Assembly (NCBI RefSeq): GCF_013149785.1 | Contig: NZ_JABEZU010000004.1 | Location: forward strand, 310,001 to 374,000 | Reading direction: 5' to 3' | Length of the DNA: 64,000 nt | From: Isoptericola halotolerans | GTDB lineage: Bacteria; Actinomycetota; Actinomycetes; Actinomycetales; Cellulomonadaceae | In this document: positions 18,964 through 28,236 of the stretch, in pieces | Layout of the letters: each line of letters starts with the position of its first letter | Position numbering within the stretch: the first letter of the stretch is position 1 | Notes under the pieces: generated by a model | Told to the model about the DNA's origin: nothing | Database searches by the model: none | What the model saw: the letters and a program-made list of their open reading frames with translations, nothing else | Position numbers and translations under genes: made by a program

Positions 18964-19281
18964 TCACTGATGCGTGAACGGGTTCGACCGGTCGATCGTC
19001 GAGCCGGGGCCGGTGCTCCCGGCGTCCTTGCTGGCGGTCGACCCCGTCCCGGCACCGTTCGCCCTCGCGCGCTCCTGGCCGCGACGGACCACGCTCAGGA
19101 TGGCGATCCCCGTGCCGGCGACGCACAGCCCGACCACACCGATGAAGATGCCGAAGGGGATGACGTCCAACGAGAGCAGCACCACCGCCGTCGCCAGGAC
19201 GGCGCCCTCGACGAGCGCGATCACGAGGAAGCTCTTGGACAGGGCGTTGCCTGGAACGGCAGCCGGGCGCGGATCGTTCAT
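18964..19281 (-). CDS. Small two-TM hypothetical membrane protein
   Basis: Two hydrophobic helices; TATGCT-N6-ATG leaderless start. Confidence 0.65.
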   Translation of the reverse strand: MNDPRPAAVPGNALSKSFLVIALVEGAVLATAVVLLSLDVIPFGIFIGVVGLCVAGTGIAILSVVRRGQERARANGAGTGSTASKDAGSTGPGSTIDRSNPFTHQ

Positions 19282-19355
19282 CCCACGAGCATAGAGCGAC
19301 GGACCGGACCCGGTGACGATGCCCGCCGCCCACCGCCACCACCGAGGAGCAGGCC

Positions 19356-20129
19356 ATGACCACGACAGACAGCGCCGACGCCGGTGCCGTCCCCTTCGCG
19401 GAGGCCGGCCTCGAGCAGCAGCTGCTCGCCCGATGGGCCGACCGGACCCCCGACGACCTACCGGACCCCGCACAGATCGACCCGATGCTCGCGCAGCTCC
19501 GTGCGCTGCGCGACGAGTTCACGCGGCTGCAGCTCTACTACCAGTTCGGGATCGACGAGGTCTCGACGAAGGTCAACATCCTGCGCCAGGAGTTCGAGAG
19601 CATCCACGACTACAGCCCGATCGAGCATGTCCGCACCCGCCTGAAGTCGGCGGACAGCCTGCTCGCGAAGGCCGTGCGGCAGGGCACCGACCTGACGCTG
19701 CCGGCCGTCCGCGCGGAGATCCGCGACATCGCCGGCATCCGGATCACCTGCAGCTTCGTCTCCGACGTCTACTGGATCGCCGAGATGCTCTCCGCCCAGC
19801 AGGACCTGACCGTCCTCGCCACCAAGGACTACATCGCGGCGCCCAAGGCCAACGGCTACCGCTCGCTGCACCTCATCGTCGAGGTGCCGGTGTTCCTCTC
19901 CGCGGGCGTCGAGCACATCCCGGTCGAGCTGCAGATCCGCACCATCGCGATGGACTTCTGGGCGAGCACCGAGCACAAGCTCTTCTACAAGTACCGCAAC
20001 GAGCTGCCGTCGCACCTGGCCGCGGAGATCGAGGACGCCGGTCGGGTGGCCGCCGAGCTCGACGAACGCATGGGGCGGCTGCGCGACGAGATCCGGCCGC
20101 GCGACCACGGCGTCCTGGACGCCCTGTAG
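19356..20129 (+). CDS. Small alarmone synthetase (RelP/RelQ-like GTP pyrophosphokinase)
   Basis: IEHVRTRLKS, DIAGIRI, NGYRSLH and ELQIRTIAMDFWASTEHKLFYK. Confidence 0.93.
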   Translation: MTTTDSADAGAVPFAEAGLEQQLLARWADRTPDDLPDPAQIDPMLAQLRALRDEFTRLQLYYQFGIDEVSTKVNILRQEFESIHDYSPIEHVRTRLKSADSLLAKAVRQGTDLTLPAVRAEIRDIAGIRITCSFVSDVYWIAEMLSAQQDLTVLATKDYIAAPKANGYRSLHLIVEVPVFLSAGVEHIPVELQIRTIAMDFWASTEHKLFYKYRNELPSHLAAEIEDAGRVAAELDERMGRLRDEIRPRDHGVLDAL

Positions 20130-20149
20130 GCCGTCGAGCCGACGGGGGC

Positions 20150-20407
20150 CTACCCGCCCAGCAGGACCAGCAGGTACACCGCGAGGGCCATGAGCACCAG
20201 TCCGACGAGGGCGACGACCCGGTCGGTCCGTGAGCCCCAGAACTGGACGACGAACGCGACGACGAACCACCCGGCGACCAGCGTCAGCGCGACCTGCGGG
20301 GTGGCGAAGAGCGCAAACATCACGAACTGCGCCACGAGGAACATGGCCGCCCCGACCGGTACCGCCGAGGCGTTCCAGGGGCTCGACACGCGCTGCTCAC
20401 CGTTCAT
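20150..20407 (-). CDS. Small three-TM hypothetical membrane protein
   Basis: Hydrophobic 85-aa ORF with typical codon usage and GGAG upstream. Confidence 0.6.
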   Translation of the reverse strand: MNGEQRVSSPWNASAVPVGAAMFLVAQFVMFALFATPQVALTLVAGWFVVAFVVQFWGSRTDRVVALVGLVLMALAVYLLVLLGG

Positions 20408-20610
20408 GGACCGCTCCAGACGTCCGGGCCGCTTCCGCCGACGAGCGGATCGCGGACACGCTGGCACACGGTCGTCGGTGCGGGCAAGAGAGCTCGCCGA
20501 CGAGGTCCACCCCTACACCGTCCCGGGCGCCCATGCCCAGGGTGCGTCCAGGGTCAGGCTCAGGCAGATCCCTGATGTGCTGCCCCCACGCACGCTGGGT
20601 CAATGGAGCC

Positions 20611-21342
20611 ATGAACCAGCCCGCACCGGCCGCGGTGGACCGCCGCCGGACCTGGAGCCTCACCGCGCTCACCCTGCTGTCGGTCACCGTCGCGGCCGTC
20701 GCCGTCACGCCGTACCTCGCCACGACACTCGCCGAGCTCGCTGCCGACGACGCCGGGCTGGCCGCCGGGTACGTCGACCGTCCGGTCGGCGTCCTGGTCG
20801 CGTTCTACCTCCACGTGGTGGCAGGCGGCATCGCCCTGCTGCTCAGCCCGTGGCAGCTCTGGCCGGGGCTTCGTCGTCGCCACCCGCGGCTGCACCGGTG
20901 GACGGGGCGGGCGATCCTGCCGGCCGTCGCCGTCGCCGGGCTGCCCGGGCTCGTCCTCGCCCCCGGCAACCAGGCCGGCACGGTCGGGACGCTCGGCTTC
21001 GGGGCGCTCGGCGTGCTGTGGCTCTGGACGTCGTGGCTCGGGTTCGCGGCGATCCGGCGGCACGACGTCGAGGCGCACCGGACGTGGATGACGCGCGCCT
21101 TCGCACTCACCTTCGCCGCGGTCACGCTCCGCGTCTGGACAGGGGTGCTGGTCGGCGCGCAGGAGCTGGCGCTGGGCGACTCGTTCGACGCCGGGACGGC
21201 GTTCGACCGTGCCTACGCCCTGGTGCCGTTCCTGTGCTGGGTGCCGAACCTGGCAGTGGCCGAGTGGCTGGTGCGCAGGCGACGCCGGCAGGGCGGTCGG
21301 GGCCACGAGGGACCGGTCAGGGAGGCCCTCGTGGCCCCGTAG
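20611..21342 (+). CDS. DUF2306-like membrane protein
   Basis: FYLHVVAG, LHRWTGR and HRTWMTRAFALTFAAVTLR. Confidence 0.85.
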   Translation: MNQPAPAAVDRRRTWSLTALTLLSVTVAAVAVTPYLATTLAELAADDAGLAAGYVDRPVGVLVAFYLHVVAGGIALLLSPWQLWPGLRRRHPRLHRWTGRAILPAVAVAGLPGLVLAPGNQAGTVGTLGFGALGVLWLWTSWLGFAAIRRHDVEAHRTWMTRAFALTFAAVTLRVWTGVLVGAQELALGDSFDAGTAFDRAYALVPFLCWVPNLAVAEWLVRRRRRQGGRGHEGPVREALVAP

Positions 21343-21353
21343 GGAGGTGGTGG

Positions 21354-22910
21354 TCAGCCGCCGTAGGTCTCGAGCTCGGCGACCTTCGGGGTGCCGGTCG
21401 ACCCGGTGATCTCGAAGTTGATCTTGCGCAGCGTCGTCGCGGGGAACGTGATCACACCGGCACCGCTGCCGGTGGCCAGCACCGCACCGGTGTCGTTGTT
21501 CACCACACGCCACGACCCGATGTTGCCGACGGCGTCCGCGGCCTCGCGGACGTTGATCGACGACACGGTGGTGTCGCTGCCCCACTTGACGGAGATCCGG
21601 CCGGTCGACCCCGAGGGCGACCAGAAGCTGCTCATGTCGCCGTCGCGCACGTCGCCGTAGCTGGTGCCGCTGGCCTTCGACGAGCCGTCCGAGCCGGCAC
21701 CGATCGAGAGGTTGGTGCCGGTGGGCGGGTCGGTCGGCTCAGGGTCGGTCGGCTCAGGGTCCGGCGTCGGCTCGGTCGGGTCGGTCGGGTCGGGGTTCTG
21801 CGGGGTGCAGGAGCCGTCCGAGACCTGGTTCCCCTTGTTCGCCCCGGCGGTGGCCGCCAGCAGGTTCGGCACGCAGCTCGCGTCGTCGAGGTCGTAGGAG
21901 TAGGGGATGGCGACGGTGGTGGTCGACGTCGGGTTCGGTCCGGCAGGGTTGTTGTCGCTGCCGGGGCTGGACCAGGTGACGTTGTCGAAGATGTTGCCGT
22001 CGACCTCCCAGTCGCCGCCCTTGTCCGTGTAGAAGGTGCCGAGGACGTCCTTGGAGTCCTCGAAGTAGTTGTGGTCGACCTTGACCTGGGCGCCCACTCG
22101 CGAGTTGATGCCGGACTTGGTGATGCCCACGAAGTGGTTGTTGTACGTGTGGGCGGTCCCGGCGCGCAGCAGCGGGGCCCGGGAGTCGATGTTCTGGTAC
22201 AGGTTGTGGTGGTACGTCACGGGGCCGTTGCCCGTGTCGCTGTCGCTGGAGCCGACGAGCCCGCCACGACCGGAGTTGCGCAGGATGCTGTACGAGAGGG
22301 TCACGTACCGCGTGTTGTTCTTCATGTCGAACAGCGCGTCGTAGCCGTCGTCCTCGCCGCCGGACGCCTCGAGGGTCACGTGGTCGACCCAGACGTTGCT
22401 GACGTCCTTCTCCATGCCGATGGCGTCGCCGCCGTTGGAGGTGGGCGAGCCGGACTTCTTGACGTTCCGCACGTGCACGTTCTGGATGATGATGTTGCTC
22501 GAGTCGCGGATGTGGATGCCGAGCTGGTCGAACAGGGCGCCGGCGCCGATGCCGACGAGCGTGACGTTGCTGATCTCCTTCAGCTCGATGACGTCGTCGG
22601 CGGTGTTGCAGCTGCTGCCGGAGACCTTGCTGGTGTTGCCGTGGTTGATCGTCCCTTCCACCTCGATGACGATCGGGGTGTCGCTCGCGGCGCGGTCGCA
22701 CAGCGCGGCGTGGATCTGGGTACCGGTGGTGGCCCGGACGGTCTCGCCGCCGGCCCCGCCGGTGGTCCCGCCGTTCTGGGTGGCGAACCCGGTGGCGCTG
22801 CCGGTCGCGGCGTGCGCGTCGTGCGTCCACAGGGCGGTCACCCCCAGGGCGCCGGCCAGGGCCAGGGTGGCCCCCGCCGCCGTGAGTCGTGCTGCGGCTG
22901 TCTTCGTCAT
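21354..22910 (-). CDS. Secreted pectate lyase (PL1) with Pro/Thr linker and C-terminal beta-sandwich module
   Basis: ATGFAT..GGTTGGAGG, NIIIQN, GDAIG, NVWVDH, SRAPLLR and HTYNN. Confidence 0.93.
   Translation of the reverse strand: MTKTAAARLTAAGATLALAGALGVTALWTHDAHAATGSATGFATQNGGTTGGAGGETVRATTGTQIHAALCDRAASDTPIVIEVEGTINHGNTSKVSGSSCNTADDVIELKEISNVTLVGIGAGALFDQLGIHIRDSSNIIIQNVHVRNVKKSGSPTSNGGDAIGMEKDVSNVWVDHVTLEASGGEDDGYDALFDMKNNTRYVTLSYSILRNSGRGGLVGSSDSDTGNGPVTYHHNLYQNIDSRAPLLRAGTAHTYNNHFVGITKSGINSRVGAQVKVDHNYFEDSKDVLGTFYTDKGGDWEVDGNIFDNVTWSSPGSDNNPAGPNPTSTTTVAIPYSYDLDDASCVPNLLAATAGANKGNQVSDGSCTPQNPDPTDPTEPTPDPEPTDPEPTDPPTGTNLSIGAGSDGSSKASGTSYGDVRDGDMSSFWSPSGSTGRISVKWGSDTTVSSINVREAADAVGNIGSWRVVNNDTGAVLATGSGAGVITFPATTLRKINFEITGSTGTPKVAELETYGG
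21727..21756. repeat. Tandem 15-bp repeat in the pectate lyase linker
   Basis: GGGTCGGTCGGCTCA x2 plus degenerate copies, encoding EPTDP units. Confidence 0.8.
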
Positions 22911-23080
22911 CGTTGCCTCACTTCGTCATCGAAATCGGGCGTTGCGGGTGGTGCGACGCGTCGCAGCGGACTTTCCGCCGTCGGGCAACGCTGCCCGGGG
23001 CGACGCGTGGCCTCATCGAGAGAGCCCCCGCGTGCCGTGGTCCGACGCTGGATCACGACACCCAGATGAGGTCGTTCACG

Positions 23081-23115
23081 GGGAACCGCTTTCTCACCAT
23101 AGAGACCGGTTTCTC
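23081..23115. promoter_or_regulatory. Tandem LacI-type operators upstream of the pectate lyase
   Basis: GGGAACCGCTTTCTC and AGAGACCGGTTTCTC, starting 20 bp apart. Confidence 0.5.
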
Positions 23116-23176
23116 GCACCGCAAGTTCACCCACAGATTCACCCGCTGCCGAGTTGCCGGACGACGTGGGGGCTGA

Positions 23177-24013
23177 TCAGGCGGCCCGCAACCGGTCCAG
23201 GGCGACCGGGAGGGCCGCCAGCACACCGATGTGCCCGTCCCGCGGCCGCAGCCACAGCTCGCCGGCGGGCGGCCCGGCGAGCAACCGCTCACCGTGGTGG
23301 CGGGGGACCACCCGGTCGGCGCCGCCCTGCACCACCAGCGTCGGCGCCGAGACGTCCGCGAGCGCCACGCCCCACGGGCGGACGAACGCGAGGTCGTCGT
23401 CCACGAGCCCGCCCGGCCACTCCCGCCCGGCGCGTGCGGCGTCGTCCCCGAGATCCGCCCAGGCGCCAGCGAGCACGGCGTAGTCGCCGTCCGTGAAGCT
23501 CGACGGCTCGAACTCGGCCGTCTCGGCGTACCGTTCGCGCGCCGCGGGACCGTCGAGCGCGGCGCGCAGGCCGCCGTCGTCGGCCATCCCGGTGAACCAT
23601 GTCTCGGTGCCGTCGTACGGTGCGATCCCGGCCAGGGTCACCACGCCGGTCACGAGCTCGGGGCGCACGGCCGCCAGCGCGAGGGCGTGCGGGCCGCCCC
23701 CGGAGGCGCCGACGGCGACGCAGCGGGTCACCCCGAGCGCGTCGAGGGCGTGGGCGACGTCGGCGGCGGCATCCGCCACCGAACGTCCGGGCACGCGCGG
23801 GGAACCGCCGTAGCCGGGGCGAGCAGGTGACAGCACGCGCAACCCCCGCGCCTCGGCCGCGGCGAGCACCGGGGCGAGCAGAGCGCCGGACTGCGGCGAC
23901 CCGTGGTGCCACACGACCACCGGGACGCTCCGCTCCTGGGCGCCCGGGGCGCTGTCGTGCACCACGAGGGGTCGCCCGTCGGGCAGGTCGATCGTGTGCG
24001 GGTCGGTCATCAT
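23177..24013 (-). CDS. Alpha/beta-fold hydrolase
   Basis: WHHGSP, RPGYGGS, GASGGG nucleophile elbow, QGGADRVVP and DGH. Confidence 0.9.
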   Translation of the reverse strand: MMTDPHTIDLPDGRPLVVHDSAPGAQERSVPVVVWHHGSPQSGALLAPVLAAAEARGLRVLSPARPGYGGSPRVPGRSVADAAADVAHALDALGVTRCVAVGASGGGPHALALAAVRPELVTGVVTLAGIAPYDGTETWFTGMADDGGLRAALDGPAARERYAETAEFEPSSFTDGDYAVLAGAWADLGDDAARAGREWPGGLVDDDLAFVRPWGVALADVSAPTLVVQGGADRVVPRHHGERLLAGPPAGELWLRPRDGHIGVLAALPVALDRLRAA

Positions 24014-24156
24014 GCGGTCCTCTCGTCGGACAGGTCGACCTCCGTCCGCGCGGGGACTCATCGGTGCCCCCCTGGGCCCGTGCCGGGCACCTCCCGTGGC
24101 AGTCTTCCTCAGGAGCACCCTGCACGCAGGCCCCGACCCCTGAGGAGAGAGCGTCC

Positions 24157-25224
24157 GTGCCATACCCCCGCAGACCGGCCCTGGCTGGCCTGGTCGTCCT
24201 GGCACTGGCGGCCTGCACGGCGGCCGAGCCGTCCGCAGCCGGACCGCCGACGGGCCCGACCGACGGTCCCACCGCGAGCCCCACCACCTCGGCTCCCGCG
24301 CCGAGCCCGACGGCGGACGGCGCACCCGCCGTCGACGACGCGATGGCGGCCCTCGAGGAGGAGTACGAGGCCCGCATCGGGGTCGCCGCGCTCGACACGG
24401 GCACCGGTGAGCGCGTCGAGCACCGGGCCGACGAGCGCTGGGGCTACGCCTCGACGATCAAGGTCTTCGTCGCGGCCGAGCTGCTGCGCACCACCACCGC
24501 CGAGCAGCGGGCCGAGCGGGTCACCTGGTCGGCGCAGGAGGTGGAGGTCGCCGGCTACTCCCCGGTGACCGGCGAGCACCTCGACGACGGCCTGACCCTC
24601 GACGAGCTGGCCGAGGCGGCCGTCCGCGAGAGCGACAACGCGGCCACCAACCTGCTCTTCGAGCGCATCGGCGGCCCCGACGGCCTGCGTGCGGCGTTCG
24701 AGCTGCTCGATGACACGACGACCGAGCCGGTGCGCACGGAGCCCGACCTGAACACGGTCGAGCCGGGCAGCACCGACGACACGACCACGCCGGCCGCGTT
24801 CACCGCCGACCTCGACACGATCCTGCACGGCGGGTGGCTCGCGCCGGAGGATGCCGACCTGCTCCTCGGGTGGATGACGGGCAACGCCACGGGCGACTCG
24901 CTGGTCCGCGCGGGTGCGCCGGAGGGCTGGACGGTCGCGGACAAGTCCGGGGGCGCGGGCGCGCTGCGCCACGACGTCGCCGTCGTCACGCCCCCGGGCC
25001 GTGACCCCGTCGTGGTGACGATCCTCACCGAGCGGGACGACCCGGACGCAGGCACGGACGACGAGCTGGTCGCACGGACCGCAGCCGCCGTCCTGGACCG
25101 GCTCAGCCAGCGGTCCGGGCGTCACGGCAGCTCGCGGGTCAGCGCCACCGGCGCCGGGTGCCGGTGGTCCTGCAGGTCGACGCGCCGCGTGCCGCAGTCG
25201 ACGCAGCGCACGTACAGGACGTGA
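24157..25224 (+). CDS. bla: Class A serine beta-lactamase, lipoprotein
   Basis: Lipobox LAAC; STIK (SxxK), SDN, RTEPDLN (E166) and DKSG; the 3' end runs into the convergent gene. Confidence 0.9.
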   Translation: MPYPRRPALAGLVVLALAACTAAEPSAAGPPTGPTDGPTASPTTSAPAPSPTADGAPAVDDAMAALEEEYEARIGVAALDTGTGERVEHRADERWGYASTIKVFVAAELLRTTTAEQRAERVTWSAQEVEVAGYSPVTGEHLDDGLTLDELAEAAVRESDNAATNLLFERIGGPDGLRAAFELLDDTTTEPVRTEPDLNTVEPGSTDDTTTPAAFTADLDTILHGGWLAPEDADLLLGWMTGNATGDSLVRAGAPEGWTVADKSGGAGALRHDVAVVTPPGRDPVVVTILTERDDPDAGTDDELVARTAAAVLDRLSQRSGRHGSSRVSATGAGCRWSCRSTRRVPQSTQRTYRT

Positions 25225-25322
25225 CCGGTCGAGACCGGGTGGCTCGACTCGACGATCCAGCCGTGCTCGTGCGTGGCCGCCGTCGTCAGGTGCTGTTCGC
25301 CGTGGGTCTCGAGAGTCGTCAT
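25122..25322 (-). CDS. Small hypothetical protein with His and CxxC residues
   Basis: 66 aa, HEHGW..ESSH..STG.VLYVRCVDCG.RRVDL. Confidence 0.7.
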   Translation of the reverse strand: MTTLETHGEQHLTTAATHEHGWIVESSHPVSTGHVLYVRCVDCGTRRVDLQDHRHPAPVALTRELP

Positions 25323-25348
25323 GCCACCCAGCGTGGTGTCATGGTCTT

Positions 25349-25984
25349 GTGCATCTCAACCCTTACGGCGAGTACGCGGTCCTGCTCGCCGCGTCGCTCG
25401 CCGACGACTGGCCCGCCGACCGCGACGGCATCGAGGCCCGCGCCCGCGAGTTCGGCATGACCATGGCCTTCCCCGTCGCACCCGACGACCACGCGCGCAC
25501 CCGGCGCGTCGTCGACGACTGGCTCGCCGTCGTCGACGCCGACGACCCCGGCGAGCGGGCCCGCCTCCTCAACGCCCAGATGGCCGCCGCCGCCGCCTAC
25601 CCGCGCCTCACCGACCACGACGGCGAGGGATGGCACCTGCACTACCGCGACGACGACCAGTCGCTGCCCCACGTGCTGCACGCCGTCATCAGCGTCGGCA
25701 CGGCCCTGCACCTGACCACCCGCGGCATGCACCGCCTGCGCCGGTGCGAGGCAGGGACGGAACCTGGCGACCCGTGCACCGCCGTCGTCGTCGACGTCAC
25801 CCGCAACGGACGACGGCGCTACTGCTCGGTCCGGTGCGCCAACCGGGCCGCCGTCCGCCGGCACCGGACCCGTGCACGCGCCGGGAACCGCGCCTCCGTC
25901 GACCTCCCCCGAGGCGACCAGCTCACCGAATCGCCAGCGATGACCGTGCGCTCCAGGCAACCCCCCACTACCGTGGCGCCATGA
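25349..25984 (+). CDS. CGNR zinc-finger (ABATE) protein
   Basis: YPRLTDHDGEGWHLHY...RLRRC...C...DVTRNGRRRYCSVRCANRAAVRRHR. Confidence 0.9.
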   Translation: MHLNPYGEYAVLLAASLADDWPADRDGIEARAREFGMTMAFPVAPDDHARTRRVVDDWLAVVDADDPGERARLLNAQMAAAAAYPRLTDHDGEGWHLHYRDDDQSLPHVLHAVISVGTALHLTTRGMHRLRRCEAGTEPGDPCTAVVVDVTRNGRRRYCSVRCANRAAVRRHRTRARAGNRASVDLPRGDQLTESPAMTVRSRQPPTTVAP

Positions 25985-26820
25985 CCGCCGGACCGGAACA
26001 GCAACGCACGGACGCCGCCGGCCACGAACGCACCGCGGTCATCGTCGAGGACGACGCCGAGATCCGGGCACTCCTCGACGAGGTCCTCACGCAGGCCGGG
26101 TTCGTGACGTACACCGCCGTCGACGGTCACAGCGGCGTGGAGCTCGTGACGCGCACGAACCCCCTGGTGACCACGCTCGACGTCTCCCTGCCCGACATCG
26201 ACGGGTTCGAGGTGTGCCGCCGGATCCGCGCCGTGTCGAACACCTTCGTGGTCATGCTCACCGCCCGCACCGACGAGATCGACGCCCTCATGGGCCTCGA
26301 CGCCGGCGCGGACGACTACCAGACCAAGCCGTTCCGCCCCCGCGAGCTCCGCGCCCGCATCGAGGCGATGCTGCGCCGCCAGCGCCGTGCCGACCCGCCG
26401 GGCGCCCTGTCGACCGGCTCCGCCCCGGACGGCGTCCCGGCGCCCGCACCGGCCCTGGCGCTGCCCCACGCCTCGGGCGCGACGGAGGCCTCGGCCATCG
26501 GCACCATCGACGGCCTCCTCGTCGACACAGCGGGCCGCACCGTCAGCGTGGACGGCGAGGAGGTGCACCTGACCCGCAGCGAGTTCGACCTCCTGGCCGC
26601 CCTCGCCCGCGCCCCGGGCCGCGTGCTGTCCAAGGACACGCTCGTCAGGGTCCTGTGGGGCGACGAGTACGACGCCGGCACCCTGGTCACCCCCGCCGAC
26701 CGACGCAGCATCGAGGTCCACATGGCGAACCTGCGGCGCAAGATCGGTGACGACCCTTCCTCACCGCGCTGGATCCGCACGGTCCGCGGGGTCGGCTACC
26801 GCTTCGACCACCGGCCCTGA
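25981..26820 (+). CDS. OmpR/PhoB-family response regulator
   Basis: VIVEDD, LDVSLP, GADDYQTKPF; wHTH LTRSEFDLL...VHMANLRRKI...TVRGVGY. Confidence 0.95.
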   Translation: MTAGPEQQRTDAAGHERTAVIVEDDAEIRALLDEVLTQAGFVTYTAVDGHSGVELVTRTNPLVTTLDVSLPDIDGFEVCRRIRAVSNTFVVMLTARTDEIDALMGLDAGADDYQTKPFRPRELRARIEAMLRRQRRADPPGALSTGSAPDGVPAPAPALALPHASGATEASAIGTIDGLLVDTAGRTVSVDGEEVHLTRSEFDLLAALARAPGRVLSKDTLVRVLWGDEYDAGTLVTPADRRSIEVHMANLRRKIGDDPSSPRWIRTVRGVGYRFDHRP

Positions 26821-27284
26821 CCGAGCGCGGCCCGCACCAGGGCCGCCGCCGTCTGCGCCTCGTCCATCACGTCGCGCGCCAGACTGCGGGCGGACGCCAC
26901 GTCGTCGTCGCCCCGGCCCTCGTCCAGCGCCGCCTGGCAACGCCACGCAGCCTGGGCGAAGTCGTCCAGACCCAGCATCACCGCCGAGCTGTGCAGCGTC
27001 AGCAGCCGCACCCGCGCGGCCTCCCGGTCACCACGCGCCAACGCGTTGCGGCAGGAGGTCAGGCGGCGAGGGAGCAGCTCGAGCCAGATGGACGCGAACC
27101 GGTCCACCGCCGACTCGTCCCCCTCGAGCTCGTCGACCAGGCCCTGCCACGCCCGGGCCACGGCCGCGACGGGCTCGGGGCCGATCATGTCCGACGGGCG
27201 GTCGGCGCGCCCGGCGCGGCGGGACGTGACAGGCGTCGCGCGCGCAGGACGGTCATGTCGGACTCCAGGGTCGATCGGCGTCAT
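26796..27284 (-). CDS. Hpt-like protein lacking the canonical phospho-His
   Basis: Helical protein; LLTLHSSAVMLG aligns to the Hpt consensus aHxLKgssxxlG with L at the His position; start uncertain. Confidence 0.6.
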   Translation of the reverse strand: MTPIDPGVRHDRPARATPVTSRRAGRADRPSDMIGPEPVAAVARAWQGLVDELEGDESAVDRFASIWLELLPRRLTSCRNALARGDREAARVRLLTLHSSAVMLGLDDFAQAAWRCQAALDEGRGDDDVASARSLARDVMDEAQTAAALVRAALGQGRWSKR

Positions 27285-27329
27285 CCCCTCGATCGTGGCC
27301 AACCCACCTCGCGGAGGGCTGCCGATCTC

Positions 27330-27362
27330 AGCAGGATTCGCTCAGGATCCGCTCAAGATCAC
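27330..27362 (-). promoter_or_regulatory. 11-bp-period direct repeats, OmpR-type binding site candidate
   Basis: AGCAGGATTCG / CTCAGGATCCG / CTCAAGATCAC, upstream of the Hpt-like gene. Confidence 0.5.
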
Positions 27363-27379
27363 CGCAGCAGCACCCCTGG

Positions 27380-27715
27380 TCAGCGACGACGCAGGTCCTG
27401 CACCGTCGCTCGCAGGCGGCCCAGGGCCGGGACACGCCGCGCGGAGCGCCCGTCACGCAGGAGGGACTCGAGGTCCCGGGCGGCCTCGGCGAGCTCACCG
27501 TCACCGAACGTCCCGGCCGACCCGGCGATCGAGTGGCACAGCAGGACCGCCTCGTCACGCGCCGCGACGTCGAACAGGTCCTCGCCGGGCGGGACCAGGT
27601 CCAGGACACGGTCGGCACGTTCGAGGTTGCGCCGACGGGCGGCGGCGGCGAGGCGCGCCACCGCGTCGTCCATCGCGTCGCCCCCGGCACCGCTGCCGGG
27701 CGGTCCGGCGCTCAT
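27380..27715 (-). CDS. Standalone Hpt phosphotransfer protein
   Basis: LCHSIAGSAGTFG..LAEAARDLE; start overlaps the REC gene stop (ATGA). Confidence 0.8.
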   Translation of the reverse strand: MSAGPPGSGAGGDAMDDAVARLAAAARRRNLERADRVLDLVPPGEDLFDVAARDEAVLLCHSIAGSAGTFGDGELAEAARDLESLLRDGRSARRVPALGRLRATVQDLRRR

Positions 27716-28098
27716 GACGACCAGCCGAGGACGTCGGCGAGCCGTCCGGGCAGACCGAGCGGGTCGAAGGGCTTGGTGATCACCCCGACCGCCCCCAGAC
27801 CGTCGAGCCGGTCGATGTCCTGCGACCCCACCTTCGCGGTGAGGAAGACGACGGGCACCTCCCGCAGCTCGTCGATGGTGCGCATCCACGCCAGCACGGT
27901 CGGTCCGTCGAGGGTCGGCATCATGACGTCGAGCAGGACGACGTCCGGTCGTACCCGCAGCGCGAGCTCGACGCCGTCGGCGCCGTCGCCCGCGGTCTGC
28001 ACGTCGTGCCCTCCGACGGCGGACAGGGCCAGGGCCGCGACCTCGCGGATCGACGGGTCGTCGTCGACGACCACCACGCACCGCCCGCTGCTTCCCAC
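27712..28098 (-). CDS. Single-domain response regulator (REC only)
   Basis: VVVDDD, LLDVMMP, FLTAK and ITKPFDP. Confidence 0.92.
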   Translation of the reverse strand: MGSSGRCVVVVDDDPSIREVAALALSAVGGHDVQTAGDGADGVELALRVRPDVVLLDVMMPTLDGPTVLAWMRTIDELREVPVVFLTAKVGSQDIDRLDGLGAVGVITKPFDPLGLPGRLADVLGWSS

Positions 28099-28236
28099 GT
28101 GCTCCGTCCCCCCCGGTGACCGGATGTCGTCGACCGTACCGCGCGCGCGCCCCGCGCGCCCGTCACACCACGTCAGGACGCCGTCGCCCGCCCGCGAGGA
28201 CGCGCGTCGGGAGGGGTGGTCCCCTACGCTCGGGCC

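Noticed and set aside
19356..20129. Toxic small alarmone synthetase (toxSAS) toxin-antitoxin module
   Set aside because: It keeps the RelP/RelQ-like C-terminal MDFWASTEHKLFYK, and no co-oriented antitoxin gene is adjacent; both neighbours are on the other strand.
20537..20575. CCAGGGT direct repeats and a TCAGG...CCTGA dyad upstream of the DUF2306 gene
   Set aside because: Plausible response-regulator site, but short and GC-rich with no cognate regulator adjacent; too weak to call.
21727..21790. Short tandem repeats as a CRISPR array or contingency locus
   Set aside because: In-frame coding repeats of a Pro/Thr linker with no spacers or cas genes. The same applies to the 12-bp repeat near 40860 in NRPS1.
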